A stretch of DNA of 63,442 nt, counting the filler, from Choristocarpus tenellus KU-1152 (Eukaryota > Protista > Phaeophyceae), in the NCBI GenBank assembly GCA_964200185.2. It is 12 parts of 12 records of this genome, joined end to end, with 100 filler letters (N's around TTAATTAATTAA, not from the genome) between each part and the next. Parts side by side here need not be neighbours in the genome. Positions count along the whole stretch, not along the records: positions 40,124 to 45,502 come from CAXNAD020010981.1; positions 45,603 to 50,478 come from CAXNAD020012697.1; positions 50,579 to 55,693 come from CAXNAD020011821.1; 9 more parts are not named here. One strand, 5' to 3'. This document shows positions 40,188 to 53,700 of the stretch, one piece after another. Position numbers and translations under genes: made by a program. The notes beneath the pieces were generated by a model. That model searched no databases. It saw only the letters and a list, made by a program, of their open reading frames with translations, and was not told where the DNA came from. Position 1 is the stretch's first letter, and every line of letters starts with the position of its first letter.

Positions 40188-40676
40188 GTGACACCACCAT
40201 TGACAGGTGGTGTGTACACGGTGGAAAAGGTAACAAATACAGGGCATCGAATCGGAAAATGTTGGTATTATCACTGCTGACAGCTGGTGTGTAGACGATT
40301 GTATATAAAGGTAATAAATACAAGGCATCGAATTTGAAAATGTTGGTATTACCACTGCTGAAAGCTGGTGTGTACACGATTGTAAAGGTAATAAATACTA
40401 GGCATCGAGTTTGAAAATGTTGGTATTACCACTGCTGACACGTGATGTGTACACGGTGGAAAAGGTAATGAATACAAGGCATCGGATTTGAAAACGTTGG
40501 TGACACCACCATTGACGGGTGGCGTGTACACGGTTACAAATGTAGTAAATACAGGGCATCGAATTTGAAAATGTTGGTATTACAACTGCTGACAGCTAGT
40601 GTGTACACAATTTTACAGGTAACAAATACGGGGCATTGAGTTTGAAAATGTTCGTGTTACCACTGCTGACAGCTGC
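40188..40676. repeat. 77-bp tandem repeat, about 6.3 units
   Basis: Unit approximately GTATTACCACTGCTGACAGCTGGTGTGTACACG...AAAGGTAATAAATACAGGGCATCGAATTTGAAAATGTTG. Units 1 and 5 share a variant. Confidence 0.92.
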
Positions 40677-43000
40677 TTGGTACAAGCTCCGAATACAAAT
40701 GAACACATAAACGTTTGTTGAGCCGTGTAGTTGTGTTCACGACCGAGAAAAACGCAATGAGGGGTAGACATATTGGAAGCGCTTGAACACCGCACACATC
40801 GCCAATCCTGGCCTAAGGTGAGCAGTTCCTCCCTGGATTTCAAAGTGCCATGACGTGGAGGCCTCTTAGTATACATCAAACAAAAACTCGCCAGTGTCGA
40901 CAGAGCTGTGGACTATACTGCGGAATAGACAGACCGGTGTGCATAGGGTTTATGCCGATTTTGACGCGAAATTGCTTTCACTCGGCATTCTATCTGGAGC
41001 TTCCGGCAAAATATATACACAGGTGGCAACATAGCAGTGGTGGACGAAATTGGTATGGTCGTAGTCCTGAAGACCTTCATACATAACGCGTTGAGGTCTC
41101 AATCTCTACCGTGTTTCACTCTATTGAAATGCAAGGGACTGTAATTAGAACCCTGCCTGTGTCGTGTCTGTTTGTACGGCTTATCTCATGTGAATCGATG
41201 TAGCATGGTGAATAGCAGCACCATATAGACCTAACCCGGATTTGGGCTATACACTTAGAAAGCAATAACGAGATCATTCCTATTGGGAGGGTCATGTTCG
41301 TGCTTTCGCAAAGGCCGAATACAAGACATGTTGGAACTTGGTATCGAGAGGAACACGTACATATGAATTGGTGGGATACGTTACACATCGCGAACGACCG
41401 GTAGACGAGGAAGTCTCGACCCCGGATGGGCGCATTCGGTACAGCACACTATGCGATAATGTTTGGGTTAGAGGCCGTGACAAGGGGGTCATACAACCAC
41501 TTGGGTACACCATCATGTCAGCCACATGCTAATACATGGCTACATGAACGGATGAAAGCCGCAACATCCACCAAAGGCACTAAATCATGATTGTGTGTTT
41601 GCCATATTGGTCATTCAGAGACGCTTCAGTGTAGGCTGCACGAAGAGTGAACGTTTCTTGTATGGGGACTCACCTTCTGGTTCCCTTTGGAGGCATGGCG
41701 GCGTTTGGTGGTTGGACTAAGGCTCTCAGTTGATCGCGGGATGTCTGCATCAGGTGGGCATGTTGGAAATGGGACAGGAGAAACAAACAGAAGGAGAGAG
41801 AGAAAATGTTTTGCACATCGAGTCAGGCCCAGAGAGGATGGCATGTCGCGGTCGGTTCACATCATCCTTCAGCCGTACGCACCTGATCACCTTGCACGAA
41901 GTGGAAGTCTTGTCATCTTTTTATCTTCCGACACACCCGGCTTTTAGCGTCACGTATACAGCACACAGGGATAGCCAGAGACGAGCCCAATTCTCATGGA
42001 AGGGATACACACCTATCCTCTCTTTCAAGCTACTATTTTTTCAGTTGTATAACAACTGCACAATAATCAATAAAAGAAGAACCGCCTTTATGGAATTTAA
42101 AGTGTTCCTTTTCTCGGCAATAAAAAGGAGATTTAATAAGGGGAATTTTGCTCTCTCCACAGATGTACTGATATGTCTATGTATCTCTACGACGGCATTG
42201 AACTAGAACAAATACAGACATAAAAATGTATATATATATATATATGTAACTCCCCATTCGCTATTTCTTCTTTAGTGCGCGAGGGTCAAAACTTTGAGTT
42301 TGCATCTTCTTCTTTTTCATATATTTGCAGTTTTGTAGAATTATATAATAGTGCATAAAAAAAAACTTTCGCCAAGCACATATGCGACAAACCCCACACT
42401 CCCTCACTTTCTCTACAACAAACCAATGGACCTGGACAATATAGAGGAATCATTGTCACAGTTCTTCGAGAGGACCACAACCATCGCACCGCAGATGTAC
42501 ACGATGACGACCTATCAGCCACTAGGGGATCTCGCTGAACTCATGGACTCCGGAGGGGTACACCCCAGGACATCCCAAAGGCAAGGCCAGGCCTCCATTG
42601 CAGCAAGAAACACTCCAATGTAGCCTGTGCGTTCTGTAATTTCCTGAAGGAGAGATTAGCGCTTGAAGACTAGGCATAGCGAAGCATATGGTCACCATAT
42701 CCTTCCGAAATCACACATTTGCATCGAAATAAGAGAGACATGGTGTTCACCAGTTCCACCATAGTTCCAAACCGGTGACGCATATGTCCTTCCATCAAGA
42801 GCAGAACGAAACCTAGCAACGAAGTTCGTGTCCTCTGATACCCGCGTTCCGATATGTATCGGAACTAAATGATGTTCCTTCCAGTTTCTGTTTCCGGTCC
42901 CAACCCTAACCCTGTGCCAAACCCTAACACCGTCCCTCACCCTTACACAATAATGAAATTATGTCAAGTCATGTTTCGCTCTTCCTTCATCTGCTCACCT

Positions 43001-43268
43001 CATGTCATTTTTGCCGTACTTTACCGTACAACAAAGAATGGCAAAAGTTGCAGCGGTCCATATACCAACTTTTTTGAAGCCACACGCATCATGTCATTTT
43101 TGTCGTACTTTGCCCTACGGTAAATTGTGACGAAAGTTGCGGCGGTCCATATACCAACTTTTTTCAAGCCACAAGTCTCATGTCATTTTTGCCATACTTT
43201 GCCTTACGGCAAAGTATAGCAAAAGTTGCGGCTGTCCACATACGAACCTCTTTTGAAGCCACACGCCT
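43001..43268. repeat. 89-bp tandem repeat x3 with internal hairpin
   Basis: Units start at 43001, 43090 and 43179 (CATGTCATTTTTG...); each has a 17-bp inverted repeat around a 4-nt loop. Confidence 0.9.
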
Positions 43269-43915
43269 CCAAGCCATCGTCCTTGACTTTCCACAAAACT
43301 CAATCGCAATCTCATATCCCCTATAGAGAAAGAGGCGCATACAATGGTATGTGCATGTGGGGATATGTATTGACCGGCATCAAATAAAACGCTCAGTATC
43401 CCTTCCACCACAAAACCCATCCTACACAATAGTTTACCTTTTGACAGACACGTCAATTGTAGTACATACATACGCCAATATTGTCTGGGGCGACACCCAA
43501 CGCGCATTTGTCAACTGTTTCCCCCCCAAAAATCAGATCAAAACACACACTCTACCATTTGATAAACTACCTCAAATCATTTCGTCCTGCACACTTCATG
43601 GTATATATTCATAACCTTTTTGGTGTGGCTCGTGATTGACCGCATACACGATGCAAATCCTTTCAGGATATTATAATTGGGGTGGTTTCGGTTCTCGATG
43701 TATCAGACACACTCTTCTCCATGCTTTCAACGTGGGGTGTCATCCAACATGGCCATACTCCATGGAACACTTCGTGACCAAACATTGTGCAAGCCCCTTC
43801 CCCCGAACAAAGAGGCAGTATTATGTATGTTTGCATCATGAAGATCGATCAATAATGTCAAAGGGAAACAAACCCACCACAACTCATATCGTAACCTCGT
43901 TTGGATCCCACTCAG

Positions 43916-45200
43916 GAAATGGGGACTAAAGAGACTGCCCAAGACCAGTGCCGCTCATTTATGGAAGAAATCCAAAACGGACCAGATCATGGACCTCTTC
44001 CTCTCCATGTTTGTCAACCACGATGGCCCAGAAGGGATGGAAGGAAGTGGCCGCACTTGGAACGGCCTTGCCTCTTGGTTGTTGGATGAGAAAAGCAGAT
44101 TTGCACCGATGGCGAGTGCTGCGAGTTGTGCTGGCTCGGGAACAACGCGAGCCTACGCCTGATCTCCAGGTCAAGACATCCCTAGAATGTGTAAAGAAAG
44201 ATCTTAGCACCGAGCACACCCGCCAGGAATACAAATCCATCCTCGTCGGCATCGCTCGTGATGTTGAAATAGGCGATGACGGGGTGACATTGACGTTTCA
44301 ACCTCTTTTGTCCGTCACAGCAAGAAAATACGATATCAACGTCGACATACTAAGGTCATCCGCCAAGAAACGCATGGAATTCATGCAAGACATGCGGCGA
44401 CAGGCGAGCCCCTCCGCATCGGCTGCCAATGACGCTGGAGGATCATCTCCCGTATCCAATACCCACACCCCTCACTGCCCTCCTCAAGGCTCTGCCCAGA
44501 GGTATGGAAGTTCGTTCTCATCAACCATCAACAGTGTGACACACACAACTTGGCCCCTGGGCGAACACGTCCACTGTGTGTCGAAGAACAATTTCATCAT
44601 GAACAGATGCTCGGATGATCCCTCATATCCTAGTGCACAACTGACACACGCCCCATATCTCTCATCGTTACCTCAGACGAAACGGCAGACCAAGGGTATT
44701 CAACGTGGGAAGGGACAGCTCCTTGCGACAGTTCGATGTGCAGCATCCTATACACATGTTCTTGGCATCACCTTATGGGAGAGCAACAGCACCACCATGC
44801 CCCATGATCCGGTAATATCTGATGATTCCACTCAGGGCACGTGCTACTTAGACCCACCTATAAACAAGAGAGTTTGCCGCCCGGATGCACTGTGCCAACA
44901 GCACGCTCGGAGGTACTCCACACTAGCGACTGTCATCCTCACAAGTATTGCACATATCCACCCTCGACACTTTATGGATTAATCATTATAACATGTTCAT
45001 CCTGGACCAACAAAACTTCAACATTACACTACGTATACATGGTGCAACCGACTTGACAACATGTCACAGATTGGGACAGATGAGGATGTCTACGCCAACT
45101 TCAGGGAGAGATTCGAAGAGGAGGGGATGTCAGGACCAATACCCTGTCTGTTGACATTCGCGAAGTGGAGACCGTTCCACATCACAAAGGTCAAGCCAAG
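43916..45200 (+). pseudogene. Possible Sola2-like transposase N-terminal exons (degenerate)
   Basis: Long ORF 43948-44982 and a clean exon 45070-45200, IGTDEDVYANFRERFEEEGMSGPIPCLLTFAKWRPFHITKVKP, resembling the Y..F.....F...RP segment that precedes the Cys/His motif of Sola2 transposases. The catalytic part is not in the contig. Confidence 0.35.
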
Positions 45201-45632
45201 GTGTGTGTGGAAATAGTCTTTCCGTTTTTAGGACTCACGCTACAGTGATGCTTGGGTAAGTCTATGTTTCCTAACCGCCACAGGGTACCCAGTCACATAC
45301 TGCATCATCCGTGTCCACACACAAGGGGTGCTAACCCACCGTATCCCTCACTCCACTCCTCCACGCAACACAGATCGTGCGTTTGCATTCACCACATGAA
45401 CACCATACAACACACCATCCCCCTCGCTCTCCCCTCCCCACCCCCGTAGCTACTACTCACCTCCAACATCCCCCCATAGACATACAGTGTGTTTCCCCTC
45501 ACNNNNNNNNNNNNNNNNNNNNNNNNNNNNNNNNNNNNNNNNNNNNTTAATTAATTAANNNNNNNNNNNNNNNNNNNNNNNNNNNNNNNNNNNNNNNNNN
45601 NNTTTTTAATTAAAAAAAAGAGCAGGGTTTGT

Positions 45633-45808
45633 GGGGGGGGGGGGGGGGGGGGGTGGCAGCTGTCCATTCGAGGTCCATTTTTCTATGTCGCGATTTTGGG
45701 GTGATTTGGTTGCATGCATCGGATTAATAATGTGAGCGCACTTTTCCTGGTTGGGGCCCAAATGGACACCCTGGTGTAGATCCCACCCCCCACCAGATAC
45801 TTTGAGCC
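45633..45808 (-). mobile_element. MITE family 2 copy at contig start
   Basis: Reverse complement of 38841-39021; ends CCAGATACTTTGAGCC. Confidence 0.85.
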
Positions 45809-46004
45809 AACAGAGAGACCAAAATGTGTATAGAATGTCAAGTCTGTAGGAGAGAGAGGGGCGCTCCTCCAATGCCTACAATCCCTGAGTAGAGTCAATT
45901 GCTCCATTGCAGCAGCAACCAGCAGCAAATACTCTCTGCAAGCAATACCTCAACTCAGGATACAACATCATAGTACCAACAAACAGGAGAAGGAGTTCTC
46001 TTAC

Positions 46005-48700
46005 ATCGGAGTAGACTAGCGGCTGCATGCCCAGGTTATACACAGAGTCCGCCTTCAATAGGTTCTGTATGTTGAACTTGTACCGGCGGTAAGGGAGCAT
46101 GTTAGATACTCTGAAGTAGAACCATTGTGTGTGACGGTCCGTGTTGATGTCTAGGGACAGCATCAAATTGTACTCTGAATCCTCTCTGCACAGCAAGCAC
46201 AAATCATATCAGAACAGTTTGTTTTTTAAGAAAGAGGAAGTTAGGGTTACAGTGCAACAAAGAGGGGGATAGAGGAATGGCAAAGATCGGAGATCGTAGC
46301 GACTGAATGAGGTGGAAGTGAGGTGAAGGAGTCTTGCGTGGAAGTTCAACTGAGTATTGAGCTCATAGATGTAATGTCCATATCTCAGAATCAATCCTGT
46401 ATTCCTGTTTGTGTGTGTGGCACAAAACAGTTAACAGAATTGTATCTATACCATGGACAAACTTTAAGGTTTGGTCAATAATTAATGTATGATTTCTAAA
46501 TCAAGTGTAGGGCTAGGGTTAGGCCAGTGAGATGTTCATGACGATACCATATAATGGTCAATATGTTTAACTCTTTGGATCAAAATTTAACCATAATGAA
46601 AGAAAAGAAAAAAGACAACACACATGTGCCCACTATTTCATTAGCAGTGCGCAAAACAGGCATGCATTGGCCATATCCCTCGCCTCATATACAGTACTTC
46701 TGACTACGCAATAGCTCAGGCTGGTGTTCAAGTACTTGGAAAGGCGAATGCATTTCTGTCACTTTCAAGAACAAGCAATTTATTGATACCAAAAAGACAC
46801 AAGGAAAAACGTCAAAATACTCCACCTTAACGCACAACTCCCCTCACAATACAAGTCAGCTTGAAAACAATCACTACCAGTCTAACCTCCTCGACCCAGA
46901 TACAATACAAATTCGACCCACCTTGAACCCCAAACCACTACTAATACCAAGCTATTCCAAGCACTGAGAAAATCCCAGAGAACCAGCCCTGCCACGATGT
47001 CATTCTCACCGAGAGGCTAGAACATGGAAACAACATGTGCACAAACTCCAGCGCTGTTGCCAGCCAACACACTCACATCTTTGATGCACTTTGAAGGTTG
47101 CCACACTCAAACCGTGACTCGAAGATGAGGGTGTCGTCATCAGGACCTTCAAGGAGGTGCCATTGCATCATCTTATCAGATGGAACAGCACCCCGAACAG
47201 ACTATGCTTTCAGAGATCAAGGAGGCAGCAATCGCCGGAGCAGCAGGGGGCCATCGACTGTTAAAAACAAGATATGTAGAGATCGATCGAGCTCCGGCCT
47301 GGTCGTGAAATAAAGCAAAACCGTATCATCATCTGTGTCTGCTTCTGCCCCTCTTGGGGACTAGCTTGGATTATGTGTGTGCATGTGTGCTCTGCCAGGA
47401 GGAATATTACTATGTAGTAGGAGGAGTAAGGGATGATTGGAAGAGCCCATAATAGCTGGTCAAATCTCAATTTTGTTAAGGCTATGAACACTCTCCGCAC
47501 ACTCAAAGAACTATCAACAAGAGCGACCATTTTCCTCTGCACCACAGAAGTATTTCAGGACAAACGGCATTAATGCTCTGGAGTGTTCATCAACATTCTC
47601 ATCAACACTCTCTTGGAATAGAACTTCGCATGTTAAGTGTTTTGTGCTTGTTTTGTGCTACCTCAAAGATTTGATTCGTTTCATGAATGACGGTGTGCTC
47701 GAGGGAGTCTCTTCTCCCCCAGGTAAAGATCTTCTTCATCTCTCCAGGTTCATCCAGGTACTTCTTTTTAATCCTTAGTTCTTCTTGAATTACTTGATCA
47801 ACGGAGTATACCATCTAGTACTACGCAGTTACTAAAAAGGAGACATAATTCTACAGGAAGTATGCAGATTCTATTCGAGTACTTCTTAATGTTTGCTTGA
47901 GCTTCAGCAACGTTTTCAGCAGAAGGTATTTTTAAGACATCCTACAAAAAACTGCTGTTGTAACTCTGACCAACCTTAGTATTGCAGTGTGGAGGTGGTG
48001 CAAGGGAGTCATAAACCATCACTCCTTGATGCTCACCCATCTCTGTCCATCTGAGCATGACATGGCATTGCAACACATCGAAAATTGAAAAACAGACACC
48101 AAAACAGAACACAACTTCAGCAAGAGGGTGGAGAAGAACAGAATGATCACCACCACGACATCCTGTACTGTATGATATCTCATCCTCAGGGTCAGAGGTA
48201 GGTTTTGGGTTATTGTTGGGCCGAAAAAATTCAATTGAGAGAATTTTCAATCCAGGAGTGACTTTAAAAAATGTAAATGTAATGGGTTAGGGGGGAAACA
48301 AAGGCATTGTGTGTTCTCAAGGGATTGTAATTGCAATCACAATTCCCAGTCATTAGCAAACTCCTAGTGCTTCCTGGAAGTAATTATGTTGGGTATGCGA
48401 GGTTTTCACTCAGTAGGCGCACTAGGGGTGACTTTAATTGCTTTTCAAGACAACCACTTTACACTGTCTCATAGACCAATGTGGATGATGGTAATCTGTA
48501 TCCATCGCACTCTCTTAATCTCTCTTATCTCTTCTCCCCATATTGCACAAGGAGGATGTACTACAACAGTACCTCACAGTGTCTAGTTTCATCTCCCTAT
48601 TGATGAGGTCTTCTGAAGGTGGAGGAGGCACAGGCTCTGAGAAAGGGGGTGGGCACTGCAGGTGATCTGGAGGGGGCCAGATGAAGGGGAGCGTAGTTCC
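46005..48700 (-). CDS. AGTPBP1: Cytosolic carboxypeptidase (M14D; CCP1/AGTPBP1/Nna1-like), N-terminal exons
   Basis: Exons about 48700-48578 (WPPPDHLQCPPPFSEP), 47814-47662 (MVYSVDQ...), 47201-47077 (DDTLIFESRFECGNL) and 46185-46005 (EYNLMLSLDINTDRHTQWFYFRVSN...YKFNIQNLLKADSVYNLGMQPLVYS). FESxFExGNL and QWFYF are hallmark CCP motifs. Paralogue assignment is less certain. Confidence 0.85.
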
Positions 48701-50734
48701 GCTAACCAAAGTGTGCAAGACAAGGATTTGAGCAGGCGATCCAATCTTGGTCAGTGCGGTTTTGAGTGTAAGGGTGAGGTGTTTTAAGGTGAGCAGACTG
48801 ACGGTTCAGAGGGAATACTAGTGAAGCGATGCAAGGACCTATCTGGTGGGGATCCGACGTTCATCTTTGCACGGCACGTGCTCTCCAGTCAAGTTGGACA
48901 TTCCTATATCTAAAACTAGCATATTTTCGTGGCCAGTCTATTAGTAAATGAGGAAGCAACTGATACAAGGATAGTAATAGGTGATCAGGTTTTACGTCAA
49001 TACTGCCACTGAAGTAGGGTGGGGAGTGCGAAAGAGAAAAAGGATTGAGAGTACTGTCACGAGGTTGTATGCCGGAGTATGTTCAAGAACTCGTCGGACA
49101 AGAAATACAAAGAATCAAGCTAGCGTTTGTTTCAATTGCTACGATGGACGACAGATTGCCTCTTCTTTTCCACCCTAATACACGCTACAACTCGCCCAAA
49201 TGCCAGTGCAAATAGCCCTACGTGCCCCAATAGTTTTGCGTTCAAGCAGAGATCAGTGGCGATGTGAGTATCGTAGTCATTTCTTGAATCACATAAGAAT
49301 ATCGCAGCCGAAGCGCTGCTCATAAATCATGGAGGAATTGCTATATTGGGCTTTTCCCGACATGTTGAAATCTTCGCTCACGTCTGAGGCGGCTGCAGAT
49401 TCTCATTCTGCCTATGATTCACTTCTTTATTGTTGTCGTGGAGGGTGTACAGTGGCATAGGCGGCGAAAGCAGTCCTTCATCTTCTGCCATTTCCCCCGA
49501 AAATATCAGTTGCCCTACGTCAAAGGATTAACCTTTCCCCTATTGAACTGGAATTCAACACCAAACCAGGTACTTCTTCTGGTCGAGGCCCATCCCAACC
49601 CTGCATGAAGTTGGGTCCTTACACAAAACGGCTGTTTGTTGTGAACAACAATTTGTGGGTAATCGCGCCCTGCACGCAGTGTTCTAATTGTGGTTGGTAG
49701 ACACAGACATTTTTTCTAATCTCAACACTAATCTATATGATCTTGTCCACATATTATTTTATTATATTATGTCGTCGGACATTTTGTAGATGTATGAAGG
49801 AAAACCAAACTTAACTAAACTGTTATAACAATAACAATATTAGTACTAGTTGATAATGAAAAAGGTAACTCCTTTATAAAAAATCACTATTTCAAAACTA
49901 ATGCCCATCCTTCCTTCCTTCAAAATTCATAAGTAAATGTGTAAATACTACTATTGTGTTTTTTACATACATTAGCCTATCAAGTAGTGTCCATCCACAC
50001 TTTGTCATTATACTCAATATGTAGAACCAGATTATCTTCCCACGAAATTTAATTTCCACTTGTATAGTCAATCACTTTAATAATTCCTTTCTTATGTCAA
50101 CCGAACAAAAAAATAGTGACGCCAGGAAGGTTCTAGATCGTTGTGACGAAGATTCATTGCGGACGGAGAAACAACACATAGCGTAAAATAAATAGTGAAT
50201 CTAGGGTAAGAAAAAGCTAAGTTATACTGTTGGAGAAGTTTGAAAGCTAGTTTGAAAGCAAAAGCAAAGTAGGAAAATAATAATAAATAAAAACTACTAC
50301 AGTATATTATATAATAAGATCAAAATAAAACTAGAAGTGGTGAAAATACAGTCTACTGTGGAAGTGGATAAAAAGAAAAACACAAAAACAAAAGCCATCT
50401 GTATGAATGGTGTGGTTCTGTGGCGGCGTGGTTCACTCAGGTAAGGGTGGCGAAGAGAATCACCAGGCAAGACGGACCNNNNNNNNNNNNNNNNNNNNNN
50501 NNNNNNNNNNNNNNNNNNNNNNTTAATTAATTAANNNNNNNNNNNNNNNNNNNNNNNNNNNNNNNNNNNNNNNNNNNNCCCCCCCCCTTTGCTCCCCCTG
50601 TCCCTCCCCCTCTTCTCTGGGGTTCCCTCCCTCCCTCCGCCCCCCTCCCCCTTCCCCCCTGGGGTTCCCCCCCTTTCCCTCCCCTTCCCTCCCCCCTGTC
50701 CCATACGTTGCTGTGCTGCCACAAATCACCCCAG

Positions 50735-53700
50735 GTATCGTCTGTTTGACAAGTCTGGTACATCAAACAAGCTCAAGTCCCACACACCCGTCCTTGATCC
50801 TCGTCACATCCAGGCGCTGACATCAGTCGGCAATGTCGACAATGCCGCTATCACTGTAGTTCCGAGTGCCCTGAAAAAGTCTTTAAACTCTCCTATACAA
50901 TGCCGGCGGCAGCGAGGCCATGGCTCCATTGGCTCCGCTTCCAGCACGGTAGGGAGTAGGGTAAGGCCATCAATCTTGTCTTCTGGGGAAGGCACTCTTA
51001 TAGGGGATATAGATGGGGAGGGGGGAAAGAGGCAAAAGGCAAGCAAGAGCCATGGTTTTGTGGAGCGCTGTGAGGCGGCAACAGTTGCTAGTGAGGAGGC
51101 AGATCATCTTGCTGCGGCGACAGCGAAGGTAACTGTAAGAGATGATGCAGAAGATGAAGGGAATGGGGGCGGGACAAGAGTAGGTGGGAGGGACGTCTGT
51201 GAGAATAGGAATGAGAGAAATGAAGGAAGGGAAGAGAGAGGTTTTAAAGTGATGTCACCTGAGCTGGTAGGGAAATCATTAGGCAAGCATCGGAGAGATG
51301 ACGGTAGTAAGGTGAGGGAGAAGCAGAATGGGAGCAACAGGTTCAGTGTGGAGGATGAGGGTGATGGGGATGTGGAAAGAGAAGGTGATGGGGATGCTGA
51401 GGTAATGAAGGAAGGTGAGGGGGATGGAGAAGATGGGGGTGAAGAAGGGGAAAGGGTGGATGAAGGTGCATGGCTTGCAGCTGCTCCGCCAGACTGCACC
51501 CCCATCTTGATGGTGCTGCATGTGGATGTTCACGGAATTACTCCTGAGGTCCTTTGCCAGCTGTTTGGCTTGTATGGGGATGTGCTCAAGGTGAGATTCT
51601 TTGAACACCCGTCAAGGTCAAGAAAGTGACCTGCATCTATCTATAGGATTTATTTGTGGATTAACTATCATTCGCAATTGTGTTCATATTTCTTAACTGT
51701 GCCTCAAACTCACAATTTCCTCTTTCTTTTTCTGGTAGTTAGGAATGACTTAACTGCTGCTCTAACTTTCCTTGATGCACCTTTTTATGTCAGGTGAAGC
51801 TTGTGTACCCTAGAGGCATGGCTCTGGTACAGATGAGGTACCCACATCAGGCGATGAATGCACAGAGGCTCCTTGACCAGGTTTGTTCATGTTTTTTTGC
51901 ACTCTGATCAGTTTTGTCAGCATTTCTGTATAATATTCTTTAGGGGGGAAGGGGAAGGTGGATGGATGGGCCATGTGCTCATTCAAGATGGAAAATGGAT
52001 TGACATGATGGACACGACCTAAGCCTTCAGTGAGGTGTAAATGTTCATCTTTCCGGCAGTGGAACCGCTGAGATCTAACTATAACTCTACAGATGAAAAT
52101 ATAGTCTGCAGTAGAGTAGATTAGTATCACTGGTAAGCTACCATTAATGTCACATCACACACACCTTGCTTGAGATTGTGGGCTTGCTGCTGTGTGTAAG
52201 CAGGAGTACTGTCACCTAGTGTTCAGATGGTCACTCAACTAACACATAGAAAACATCCTTGAAAGGTATATCTTGATGCTCAACTTTTTTGTTGCAACTT
52301 GGTTAAGGGAAAGACAGGAATAGAAATTATTGCTCACCGATGGACTCAGTTTGTGAAGATGCTCTCGTCTAGTGACTCTGACCCCCTATACATATTTGTT
52401 CTACTGGATCAGGCACCCCTGTGTGGCATGACTCTAGAGGTAAAATCTTCTAGTCAGTGGTCAATCAATGATCCCAAGGCCACAGACTTCAATTCTGCAA
52501 AAGCACTTCACAGGTGAGATTAGATCAACATGAAAATTCTTGTTATTTCTTGTGTTTTCATCAATCCTTACTAATGTCTGTAACATCGACTAGTTTTTTT
52601 GTGTGCTTGTAAGCTGCATGTCGTATCAAATGTTTTTTATGAGAAAAAAGTTCTAAAATTTCATGTAAGGTACTGCACATTGCTTTTTGGTATACTTTAT
52701 CCACATAATGGGACTTTGATTGTCTTGGTGTATTTGATTTCATTTTTTGAACTGGTCCTTTCCAGCGTTCTCATATGTAACACACATCAATCCAGGTCAC
52801 CCCTCTAAACCCTGCTGCAGGTACAGTGATGTTCAATCTCCAGATGACATATGCTACCGTGAGAGTCTGGCGCCGCCCTGCCCCACTTTGGTTATTGATA
52901 ATTTGTCACCTGACTGCTCTGTGGAGGAGGTGACGAAGTTGTTGGAAAAGGTGAAAGTCGTTTTTGTGCTTTCTGTTGATTCTGTTGACAATTTATTTGT
53001 TGAATATTAATTTAAGCACACAAGTGATAGTTTTTGATTTTGTGAGATACTAGTATGGGAAAGTATGATGACAGAAATTGTTATCAGCATGCCAAGTAAG
53101 GAGGGTTACAAAAATTCCCTAATGGGTGATTGCCAAGAGATTGATATTAAGTTGTTATTGGATTAAGTGCTTCTATTGATGGGTCACTATCTCTCTCCCG
53201 CATGTGCTCCTGCTCAGCTAGGAATTAATAAGTAATAGGGTTGTTAAAAAAGAATTTCCAAGTACTTCACTTTGAAAATATGATCCTCAGAAGCTTTGAT
53301 GTACTCATTTAAAGCTCTCTGTGCCCACAGTGTGGACATCTTGAGAGGGGGTGGGTGGTGAGCCAAGCACTGTAGAAAAAATATATCAAGGTGCGCATGT
53401 GTACCAGGAAAGTACAGAAAAATTTATAGGCTTTGATGATGGTAGTGATTACATTTTGAGCGAAAGTAATCGAGAGGTGTGCATGGCCTTAGCAAGTTTC
53501 CTTCCAAGTGTAAGTGGGTTGACAAAGCAGATTGTGGAAAAACTGCAACAGTTTTACTGAAGGGGATGGAGCTCTTTGCATCTGTTTCACCCATGATAGG
53601 ATAATGGAATGGGCAATTTTACAAATTTTCGTTCTTTTTATCTGACCTTGGTGAAGGACTCAGTGGTGGCCATTGTAGAGCACTTGGTTGAAAAGATATG

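Noticed and set aside
40188-40676. 77-bp array as a CRISPR array
   Set aside because: Whole units are homologous with no unique spacers, there are no cas genes, and the context is eukaryotic.
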